Assembly (NCBI GenBank): GCA_039028615.1
Contig: JBCCHT010000035.1
Location: forward strand, 64,001-128,000
Source: Myxococcota bacterium
GTDB lineage: Bacteria > Myxococcota_A > Polyangia > Nannocystales > Nannocystaceae
Reading direction: 5' to 3'
Length of the DNA stretch: 64,000 nt
Part shown: positions 46,112 to 55,238 of the stretch, in pieces
Numbering within the stretch: position 1 is the first letter of the stretch
Layout of the letters: each line of letters starts with the position of its first letter
Notes under the pieces: generated by a model
Databases searched by the model: none
The model's input: the letters and a program-made list of their open reading frames with translations, nothing else
Told to the model about the DNA's origin: nothing
Made by a program: the position numbers and the translations under genes

Positions 46112-47113
46112 ATGCTCGACACCTCCGCCCGCTTGCTCCGCCTGCTGTCGCTGCTGCAAGCGCGACGCTTCTGGACGGGCGCCGAGCTGGCGGAACGACT
46201 GGAGGTGACGCAGCGAACCGTGCGTCGCGACGTGGATCGACTGCGCACACTCGGCTACCCGGTGTCATCCAGCGTGGGCGTCGCGGGCGGGTACCAGCTC
46301 GACGTGGGGGCGACCCTCCCTCCCCTGCTCCTCGACGACGACGAGGCGTTGGCCATCGCCATCGGGTTGCGGACGGCTGCGACGAGCACGGTCAGCGGCA
46401 CGGAGGCGGCGGCCGTGCGCGCGCTGGTCAAGCTCGAGCGCATCCTCCCGCCTCGGCTCCGACGGCGGTTCCGCACCATGCGAAACGCCGTGGTCCCGCT
46501 GCATGCTGGAGCACCACAGGTCGACGCCGCGCTGCTCACCACGCTGGCGGGGGCCAGTCGGGACCATGAAACGGTTCGCTTCCGGTATCTCGACCGTCAG
46601 GCGAAGAGTACCCGTCGTCGCGTCGAGCCCCACGGGTTGGTGCACACGGGTTCGCGTTGGTACCTGGTCGCGTACGACCTCGAGCGGGAGGACTGGCGCA
46701 CGTTCCGGGTCGATCGCGTCGACGGCAAAGCGGTGGTCGGCGAGCGCTTCAGGCCGCGCCCGCTGCCCGACGGGGATGTTGCCGCGTTCGTGTCACGTTC
46801 CATCGGCCCGGGCACGTACGCGCATCAGGCCCGCGTGCTCATCCACGCGCCGCTCGAGCACGTCGCGGCGAAGCTGCATCCTTCTGCCGGGGAGTTGACT
46901 GCCGTCAGCAAACGGCGGTGCCTGCTCGAATCGGGGGCAAACTCGCTGCCTGGGCTTGCGTTGTATGTCGCGTCGCTCGGCGAGGACTTCACCGTTCAGA
47001 GTCCACCGCAGCTCGCCGAGGAAGTTACTGCGCTCGCCGAGCGCTTGTCGCGGGCAGCGGCTCGTACACGACCGTCTGCAGGGCCGACCTCAGGTCGAAC
47101 TAACCGTGGGTAG
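46112..47113 (+). CDS. HTH-WYL-WCX transcriptional regulator (YafY family)
   Basis: RLLRLLSLLQ, ELAERLEVTQRTVRRDVDRLR, GGYQL, RWYLVAYD..DWRTFRVDR. ATG at 46112. Confidence 0.93.
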   Translation: MLDTSARLLRLLSLLQARRFWTGAELAERLEVTQRTVRRDVDRLRTLGYPVSSSVGVAGGYQLDVGATLPPLLLDDDEALAIAIGLRTAATSTVSGTEAAAVRALVKLERILPPRLRRRFRTMRNAVVPLHAGAPQVDAALLTTLAGASRDHETVRFRYLDRQAKSTRRRVEPHGLVHTGSRWYLVAYDLEREDWRTFRVDRVDGKAVVGERFRPRPLPDGDVAAFVSRSIGPGTYAHQARVLIHAPLEHVAAKLHPSAGELTAVSKRRCLLESGANSLPGLALYVASLGEDFTVQSPPQLAEEVTALAERLSRAAARTRPSAGPTSGRTNRG

Positions 47114-47116
47114 CGC

Positions 47117-47905
47117 TCAGGACGAGAAGTCATAGAGTCCTCGAACCCGCTGGGCGTCCTCACCGGTCACGGTCCGTCGCTGCCCCCGGTAACAAGGGAA
47201 CATCAGCGCGCCCTCCACCGAGCTATGCTCCAATCCCAAGCAGTGGCCAATCTCGTGGGCAGCCACGGTCACGAGATCGAACTTGCCGTCAGGAACGGGC
47301 AAATCAATCGTCCAGTCTCTGGCGTCGTCGAAGTGAATTCGAGCGGGCTGGGTCACGGTCGTCGCAGGAATGAGCGAATGGGCGAGGTCGCCGTCTCTGC
47401 CACCGAAAGGAAATCCATCTCCATGCGAGCCAGTCTCGAAGCCGATCCAGATATCGGGCTCTTCGTGCAGTTCTCGCTTCTCGAAGGTGAAGGGCGACGC
47501 GTCAGCCCACAAGCGAAATGCCTCCTCGATGGCATCATCCACCATGTCACTGGAAATTGAGTGCGACGGTTCCGTAATCGCGTAGCTGACCGTAGAGTGG
47601 AACCAAACCCGTTCGTCGGCCCTCGCATTTAGCAGATCGTGGTTGCCGCAGCGTGGCGCCGACATCCGCTCAACCGTTACGTCATCGAGCACCCCCGTGG
47701 CCGGCAACGCGTTCCGCTGCTGGTACACGCGCAGCGCTTTCTCGACATCTGGCTCACGAAACCCTTGGGTGCTCGAGTGCCCGCTGCCGCCTCCAGAGCG
47801 CTCTAGGTAGCCGTACCGCACGAGAAACGTGCAGACATCGGGTTCCAGCAGCCCCGCCGGCTCACGGTCAACAGAACCGGGGGCTCTAGATCTCTGTTTC
47901 GACAT
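47117..47905 (-). CDS. Matrixin-family (M10A) metalloprotease with peptidoglycan-binding-like pro-domain
   Basis: YQQRNALPATGVLD, cysteine switch PRCG, HGDGFPF, HFDD, HEIGHCLGLEHS, ALMFP. Start 47905 preferred. Confidence 0.9.
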   Translation of the reverse strand: MSKQRSRAPGSVDREPAGLLEPDVCTFLVRYGYLERSGGGSGHSSTQGFREPDVEKALRVYQQRNALPATGVLDDVTVERMSAPRCGNHDLLNARADERVWFHSTVSYAITEPSHSISSDMVDDAIEEAFRLWADASPFTFEKRELHEEPDIWIGFETGSHGDGFPFGGRDGDLAHSLIPATTVTQPARIHFDDARDWTIDLPVPDGKFDLVTVAAHEIGHCLGLEHSSVEGALMFPCYRGQRRTVTGEDAQRVRGLYDFSS

Positions 47906-48046
47906 CGCAGTCGGTTGGTGACCGAGCCACTCGATTCCGTCACGCAAAATGGAAAGGAAAAGGGCAACGGATCCAGGCCCCCTCGTCACCACCCCTTCCG
48001 AGGGTCGAGATACCAGCGGCCCAGAATGCCGAGGAGTGGTGGTCTG

Positions 48047-50479
48047 ATGATGATCCAACGAACCTTTTTGCCCTTGACCACCGCACTATTGGCGGTGGCA
48101 CTGGCGTCTCCCGCCGCTGCACATGCAAACCTGGCCGACGATTCCAATGCCTCGACTGACACAGACGGGGCGAAGCCGCAGGCAGCAAAGTCCGCCGCGC
48201 AACGCCGCCATGACCAATACGTCGAGGCCGTTCAAAAACGCATATCGGACCTCAAGGTCTCGATCGCGGACATTGAAGATGGCCCTGGGCATTTTTCGAA
48301 AAAAATCACCGAGATCGAGAAAGAGCGGGAGCAAATCGACGAGACCAGAGGAACACAAGCCGAGCGCGCCAAGCAGAAGGCGAAGATCGATGAACAACTG
48401 AAGCGACTCGAGTCTAACAAAGAGCAGGCAGAACAGAAATCAAAGGCGTGGTCGAAAATCAAGAGTGACTTCATGAAACGGCCCGTCCTTGCATTGACGG
48501 CCTGTGCTTCATGCGAGCTGAACGCGGTCGGACACGCGTGGATCCTCGCGGACCGCCAGGAGCTCAACAAGCAACTCGAAGAAGCCGAGCTGCAGTTCCG
48601 AAAAGACGTCACCGGGCCGGATAGGCCCATCAAGGGACCTGGCCAGGTACTCGCATCCACTGCTGCTGCCTTCGGATCATCACTCACGGCTTCAATCACT
48701 TCGTTCATCGACCCCCTCTCGGAAGCCGCCACCAAGGCCATCAAGCGACGTCTCCAGCGTGAGGCAGTCCTCGCCCTCGTCGATCGTCTCACGAACGAGA
48801 TGTGCGGGGACGACGACACCAAGAACCTGATGCCATCCACGTGCTCCTTGACGAGCGAAGAAGCCCTGCACCATGCCGCTTCGGGCACAGCGCAGCTCGA
48901 CATCGTGCGCGCCGCCGTACGGGCGGATCTGAAGCGTTTGCCGGCCAGTGACGCCGTTGTCTCCGATGGGCTCATTGCATCGGAGGCCCACGCGTCGACT
49001 CGCAAGACCCTGGTGGAAGGCCTCCAACGGGGGGAATCGCCCATGATCTTGCTCCGCGACGTCGCAGCTCGGCTCCACGAGGAGAAGTCGTTGCACGCCT
49101 GCGTCGTCGACCTCGGCCCGAGGGCCATGGGCTACGCGGACGCGCTGGGTAGCGTCGAAGACGAGACTGCCGTCGCGGCGGCGTTCATCGCAGCATCGGT
49201 CACATCGCCCATCTGCAACCCGGACCGAGCCCGCGGCGTCACCCGCTGGCTCGCTCACTACCCCACGCTCGAAACGATGGCCACCTCTTGGAGGATCGCA
49301 AAGGGAGCGGACGCCAACTACCGCCAGTCGATCGAACGGATCACGAAGCCTACGCCAGTCACTCCGTCGCCCAGCGGAAACAGCGGAAATGACACGGACG
49401 GCGGGGGCAACGAGAACAAGAAGGGCGACGACAACAAGGGCGACAACGACAAGGGCGACGACGACAAGGGCGACGACAACAAGGGCGACGACGACGAAAA
49501 GAAGCGGGCGCAGGACCACGCGAGAGCTTCGATCCGCTTCGCTCACGCTCTGGTGGGCGTCAGCATCGCCAGCGCCGAACTTCCACCCGACGCGAAGAAT
49601 TTGCTGGGCCTGATCAAGACCGGCTCGAAGCTCAAAGAAGGCGAAGGCCCTTGTGAGGACAAGAAACTCTCCGAAGGCAGAGTCTCCTGTAGTAGCAACG
49701 AAACGGACTCCAAGGGGCTCCGTGCACTGGACCGCAGAATCCGCCTGGTGGAGTCCACCGTCAATGAAGACTGGCTGCGCGTCGTCACCGAAACCTTGGA
49801 GGAACTCCCCTCTCAGAAACCCGATCCATACGCGGGATTCCGTCGGTTCTCGGGCACGCTGACCGCTATCGCTGCGGAACGAGATCAGAAAGAAGTGTTC
49901 CAGGCTGTCAGCGCAGCCGCACTCCCGGCTGCCAGCTGGAGGATCAAACAACGCGCCGACTCATTCACCGCCTCCATTGGCACTCATGTCGGCTTCACCG
50001 CAGGCTACGAGCTTCGCTTCGGCACCTACGGTGCGACCCACAACTTTGGACGAGGGGCAGTCGTGGCCCCCACGCTATTTGCCCCCATCGGTCTCGATCT
50101 CGCATGGAAGCGGAAGAAGAGCACGTGGGGCTTGTTCTTACCCGCGGTGGATCCGGCCGCGTTCCTCCAGTACGACGCAAGCGAGGACGGACGGCTTCCT
50201 GGACCACGAGTGACCACAGCACTCTCACCGGGTCTGGCCGCCCGAGTTTCTCTCGGAGAAAGCCCGCTCTCGCTGATGGTCTACGGGGTCGTTCGACCTC
50301 AACTCCGCACGCGGGAGGCGACCGTCTCTGGGCCCGGAGCAACGGCGATTCAGTTTGGTGCCGCAATTACTTGGGATATCCCGCTCCACATCTTCCGAAG
50401 CAAGACCCGTGGGCGCCCCTTTAGCAAGGCCAACCGCGAGGCGCGTCGGCGGCAACGCCGAATTAAACGATCGAAATAA
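48047..50479 (+). CDS. Large secreted hypothetical protein (coiled coil, acidic repeat, beta-rich C-terminus)
   Basis: gaggag RBS-like sequence; signal peptide ending AAAHA; charged coiled-coil segment; alternating-hydrophobic strands at the C-terminus. Confidence 0.75.
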   Translation: MMIQRTFLPLTTALLAVALASPAAAHANLADDSNASTDTDGAKPQAAKSAAQRRHDQYVEAVQKRISDLKVSIADIEDGPGHFSKKITEIEKEREQIDETRGTQAERAKQKAKIDEQLKRLESNKEQAEQKSKAWSKIKSDFMKRPVLALTACASCELNAVGHAWILADRQELNKQLEEAELQFRKDVTGPDRPIKGPGQVLASTAAAFGSSLTASITSFIDPLSEAATKAIKRRLQREAVLALVDRLTNEMCGDDDTKNLMPSTCSLTSEEALHHAASGTAQLDIVRAAVRADLKRLPASDAVVSDGLIASEAHASTRKTLVEGLQRGESPMILLRDVAARLHEEKSLHACVVDLGPRAMGYADALGSVEDETAVAAAFIAASVTSPICNPDRARGVTRWLAHYPTLETMATSWRIAKGADANYRQSIERITKPTPVTPSPSGNSGNDTDGGGNENKKGDDNKGDNDKGDDDKGDDNKGDDDEKKRAQDHARASIRFAHALVGVSIASAELPPDAKNLLGLIKTGSKLKEGEGPCEDKKLSEGRVSCSSNETDSKGLRALDRRIRLVESTVNEDWLRVVTETLEELPSQKPDPYAGFRRFSGTLTAIAAERDQKEVFQAVSAAALPAASWRIKQRADSFTASIGTHVGFTAGYELRFGTYGATHNFGRGAVVAPTLFAPIGLDLAWKRKKSTWGLFLPAVDPAAFLQYDASEDGRLPGPRVTTALSPGLAARVSLGESPLSLMVYGVVRPQLRTREATVSGPGATAIQFGAAITWDIPLHIFRSKTRGRPFSKANREARRRQRRIKRSK
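49421..49495 (+). repeat. Five tandem 15-bp units encoding KGD(D/N)(D/N)
   Basis: aagggcgacRacRac x5, read directly from the sequence. Confidence 0.95.
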
Positions 50480-50497
50480 GGAACCGAGGAAAAGTAG

Positions 50498-51352
<855 letters not shown>

Positions 51353-51430
51353 GACGCCGGATCTTCGACACGTATCGGAAGTACGCGCGTAGCCGGCGCC
51401 CGCAACCGCCGCGGCGGCTTCTAGGTCCCG

Positions 51431-54400
51431 CTACTCGGCGGGCGAGGCAGCAGCCCCGCCCTCGGGCCGCGGCCCGGCCAGCGCAGGCCACGGCTTCGGC
51501 TCCCGCCACTGCTCCAGCAAGATCGCCAGCTCGATCCGCGGCTCTTCCCCCCGCCGCACCGCAGCGAGATTGTCCCGCGCCAACCCCAACGAAGGCTCAC
51601 TCGGCCCGAGCTCTCGCTCCAAGTACGTCAGCGCCCGCGCATACGCAGCCTTCGCCTCGTCATCCTTGCCCACTCGCCGCAGCACGGTGCCGAAGTTCGT
51701 GAGCGCACGAACCATCGCAGCCCACCCGGGATCATGCTCCTCCCACAGCTCGATCGCCTCGCGAAGCTTCGCCTCGGCCTCCGCCAGCCGCCCCTGCTCG
51801 GCGAGCAACAACCCGAGGTTGTGCCGCGCCATCGAGACGTCTCGCGACATCGCGATCGACCCCGTGCTCCACCCCTCGATCGCCTTCAGGTACTCGGCCT
51901 CGGCTTCTTCGTAGCGCCCCTGCATGTGGAAGATCTGTCCGAGGTAGTGGCGCGACTGGGCGACCTCGGGATGGTCGGCACCGAGCGCCTCGACCCGAAC
52001 GCCCATGGCCTCGCGATGCTTGGCAATCGACTCCTCGAAGCGCTGGAGCCGAGCCAGGGCGTTGCCGAGGCCGGTGAGGCCATGGGCGCGCATGGAGTGG
52101 CGCCGCCCCATCGCGCGCTCGAGGACCGCGGCGGCCTGCGTTTGCTGCTCCACGGCCTCTTCGAATCGCCCCTCGGCTTCGAGCAAATTCCCGAGCGCGT
52201 TGTGGGCCCGGCCGACCTCCACGGTGTCGGGGCCCAGACCGTTGCGAAACCCCTCGAGGGCGGCGCGGAGGTGAAACTCGCCTTCTTCGTGATCGAGCAT
52301 TCGGCCCAGGGCGTAGCGCGTGCGCACGACCTGGGGATGGTCGGGGCCGAGCTGCCGCTCCAAGATGGCCAGCGCGCGACGCTGATGACCGACGCCCTCT
52401 TCGTAGGCCCAGGGCACTTCGCCGAGCGCTCCGCCGAGGTCACGCAGCACGGCCGCGACGCGCAGGTCGTCGGGTCCGTAGAGCTCTTCGCGAATCTCCA
52501 GCACGCGGCGGTGCTCGGCGGCGGACTCCTCGAAACGCCACTGCCAGGCGTTGAGGTACCCGAGGATTTCATGCACGGCGGCGCGCGCCTCGGGGTCGTC
52601 CTTGGACAAGCCCATCGCAGCGGGTCGGTACTGGCGAGCGACGTCGAACTTCTGCTGGCCGAGGCCCACCACGAGCATGAGACCCCGAAGCGCTCGCCCC
52701 ATGAGCGGCCATTGCTTCCACTCCGCGGCCGATTCCTCGGCACGCTGGAAGGCGACGACCGCATCGTCGTAGTTGCCGAGCGCGTTTTGGACGTGCCCTT
52801 CGGCGAGGGATAGTTCGGTCTCGATCGGGCCGTAGTCGACGTCGGCGACCAGGGCACGAGCGGCCTCGACCTTGCCCAGCGCCAAGGAGGCTCGGCTGAC
52901 CTCGAGGTGGGTGTACGCCTCGACGAGGCGGGCCCGGGCTTGCTCGACGACGGGCGCGACTTCGGGAGGGGGCGGCTCGACGTCCTTCTTGAGGGTGGAG
53001 ACGTCGGCACAGCGCGCGATGGGCCGCAGGCGCCCGACGATGTCACCCGCCACCTCGACCACCTGTCCGTCCGCAGAGGCGAGGACCTCGACGACCGCCC
53101 CCAGATCGACGCGCGCGTCGTTGAGGCACGCCATGCGTAGATCCATCACTTCCTCGGATTGCTCGCCGCGGATGGTGGTGGCCTCGCAGGCGTCGGTGTA
53201 CATGGTGGCCCACGCGTCGCCGTAGTCGTCGAGGGCGAGCTCGGTGTCCTGCCAGACGCGCGCCGCGAAGGGGAAGCCGGTGCCGAGGATTGAAGTCTTC
53301 ACCTCGGTGCGCGACTGTTCGTCCCAGACGCCGTGGAGTCGCTCGGCGCCTCCGGTGCACGGCTCGGTGCGGGCCTGAAGCCAGCCGGAAAGCGACAGCG
53401 ACACGGCGGCCACGGCCGCCGCGGCCCCCATGCCGAGCCAGACACGGTGCCGAGTCGGCTTGGGCGTGAGGGCATCGAGCAGCGCCCGCATGGATGGCCA
53501 CCGCTCGGCGGGCTCGGCCGCGAGCCCGCGCACGACGGCATTGCGGACCCACGAAGGCACTTTGGAGCTCGGCGGAGCAGAGCGGCGTCGACCCGACCGC
53601 ACGGCGTCGACGAGCTCGGACGAGGAGACCCCAGGGAAGGGACGCTCGCCGTAGAGCCCTTCCCATAGCGACACGGACAGCGAGAACTGATCGGCGGCGG
53701 CATCGACGGTGGCGCTCTCGAATTGCTCGGGGGCCATATAGGCCGGCGTGCCCAGCAGTCGCCCCGTGCGGGTGAGGTGCAGCTCTTGTTCGGGGGTGAG
53801 CGAGCCGCGAGGGCCACGCTCGACGTCTCGGCCGAGCCCCGCCTGCCGCACGAGGCCGAAGTCGACGACCTTCACCACCACTCGACCGCCTTGCTCCTGG
53901 ACCATGGCGTTTTGCGGCTTGAAATCGCGATGGATCAGCCCGGCATCGTGGGCCGCACACAGCCCCTCGGCGGCTTGGCGGTAGGCATCGAGGATCTCCG
54001 GCCAGGGACGGTCTTGCTGCCAGTCTTCGAGGGTGCCGCCCTGGATGAACTCCATGGCGATGTACGTCTGGCCGTGATCTCGACCGACCTCGTACACCTG
54101 CACGACATTCGGATGAGCCAGCTTGGCCAGGCCTTTGGCCTCGCGTTCGAAGCGATGATCGCCCGACCCCGCCAGCTCGCGGTGCAGTCGCTTGATCGCC
54201 ACGCGACGGTCGAGCTGCTCGTCGTAGGCGGAGAAGACCTCGCCCATGCCACCCGCCCCGAGCCGCTGCAGGATCTGAAAGCGACCGACCCGAGGCAGCT
54301 CACGAGATTGCCCGAACAACGACCCGAAGAGGCGGGCACGAATGGCCTGGGCCTCGATGTCGGGGGCGCGCTCGCTGGGGGACACCGTCTTCGATGCCGC

Positions 54401-54439
54401 CCAGTCGGACGCGCCTTGCTCGTCGAGCGTCTGCTTCAC
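51431..54439 (-). CDS. Hanks-type Ser/Thr kinase with TM segment and TPR repeats
   Basis: LGAGGMG, VAIKRL, HRDFKPQN, DFGL, GTPAYMAPE; TM helix; LGPDHP TPRs. Paralogous to 21281..24265. Confidence 0.93.
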   Translation of the reverse strand: MKQTLDEQGASDWAASKTVSPSERAPDIEAQAIRARLFGSLFGQSRELPRVGRFQILQRLGAGGMGEVFSAYDEQLDRRVAIKRLHRELAGSGDHRFEREAKGLAKLAHPNVVQVYEVGRDHGQTYIAMEFIQGGTLEDWQQDRPWPEILDAYRQAAEGLCAAHDAGLIHRDFKPQNAMVQEQGGRVVVKVVDFGLVRQAGLGRDVERGPRGSLTPEQELHLTRTGRLLGTPAYMAPEQFESATVDAAADQFSLSVSLWEGLYGERPFPGVSSSELVDAVRSGRRRSAPPSSKVPSWVRNAVVRGLAAEPAERWPSMRALLDALTPKPTRHRVWLGMGAAAAVAAVSLSLSGWLQARTEPCTGGAERLHGVWDEQSRTEVKTSILGTGFPFAARVWQDTELALDDYGDAWATMYTDACEATTIRGEQSEEVMDLRMACLNDARVDLGAVVEVLASADGQVVEVAGDIVGRLRPIARCADVSTLKKDVEPPPPEVAPVVEQARARLVEAYTHLEVSRASLALGKVEAARALVADVDYGPIETELSLAEGHVQNALGNYDDAVVAFQRAEESAAEWKQWPLMGRALRGLMLVVGLGQQKFDVARQYRPAAMGLSKDDPEARAAVHEILGYLNAWQWRFEESAAEHRRVLEIREELYGPDDLRVAAVLRDLGGALGEVPWAYEEGVGHQRRALAILERQLGPDHPQVVRTRYALGRMLDHEEGEFHLRAALEGFRNGLGPDTVEVGRAHNALGNLLEAEGRFEEAVEQQTQAAAVLERAMGRRHSMRAHGLTGLGNALARLQRFEESIAKHREAMGVRVEALGADHPEVAQSRHYLGQIFHMQGRYEEAEAEYLKAIEGWSTGSIAMSRDVSMARHNLGLLLAEQGRLAEAEAKLREAIELWEEHDPGWAAMVRALTNFGTVLRRVGKDDEAKAAYARALTYLERELGPSEPSLGLARDNLAAVRRGEEPRIELAILLEQWREPKPWPALAGPRPEGGAAASPAE

Positions 54440-54602
54440 TCCGTGGTTCCCGGCTTGCCTTCCCGGGAGATTTACACATTATCCGCCCGCGAGCAGCCAG
54501 CTCGGTCGCCTGCGGCCCCGTCGCGGTGAGCGCACGCACCCGCCTTTTTTGGCCGCCCGCATCGACGAGAACAGATTGATCCGTAGAGTACTCTGAGACT
54601 CC

Positions 54603-55226
54603 GTGACCGCCGACGAGGAACTCTACCGCGCCTGGTGCAACGGCGACCGCGAGGCGGGGGCGCAGCTGTTCGAACGGTACTTCACGACCGTCCTGCGTTT
54701 CTTCCGAAACAAGGTTCCCGACGGCACGGAAGACCTGGTGCAGCAGACCTTCCTCGCGTGCCTGGAGAGCCGGGGGCGCTTCGCCGCTCGCGGACACTTC
54801 CGCGCCTTCCTGCTCGGCATCGCGAAGAACCTTCTGTACCGCCGCTATCGCGCCAAGGCGTCCGATCGGGAGACGGACCTGGGCAGTCTGTCCGTGATGC
54901 AGCTGGCTCCAGGCATGAGCACCGCGCTGCATGAACGCAACGAGCACCGCCTGCTGCTCGACGGCCTGCGGGCGCTCCCGCTCGACGAGCAAGTGGTGCT
55001 CGAGCTGTACTTCTGGGAGCGCATGACGGCCGGTGAGATCGCCACTGCGCTCGACGAACCGGAGGGCACCATCCGCACGCGGATCCGTCGGGCCAAGCAG
55101 CGGCTGAGCAAGGCCGTGCCTCGCCTCGCTCGCGCCACGCCCAACCTCAGCCGAGAGCCGGCCGACCTCGAGCGCTGGGCCGAGTCCGTGCGCGAGGCGT
55201 GGGCCGACGATGCGCTCGGGGCCTGA
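54603..55226 (+). CDS. ECF sigma-70 factor
   Basis: Region 2 EDLVQQTFL..FRAFLLGIAKN; region 4 EIATALDEPEGTIRTRIRRAK. Confidence 0.92.
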   Translation: MTADEELYRAWCNGDREAGAQLFERYFTTVLRFFRNKVPDGTEDLVQQTFLACLESRGRFAARGHFRAFLLGIAKNLLYRRYRAKASDRETDLGSLSVMQLAPGMSTALHERNEHRLLLDGLRALPLDEQVVLELYFWERMTAGEIATALDEPEGTIRTRIRRAKQRLSKAVPRLARATPNLSREPADLERWAESVREAWADDALGA

Positions 55227-55238
55227 GCGGCCGCTCGC

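Noticed and set aside
45953..47113. WYL gene as marker of a defence island
   Set aside because: It is a YafY-type regulator paired with a GST, and no restriction, CBASS, BREX or toxin genes are adjacent.
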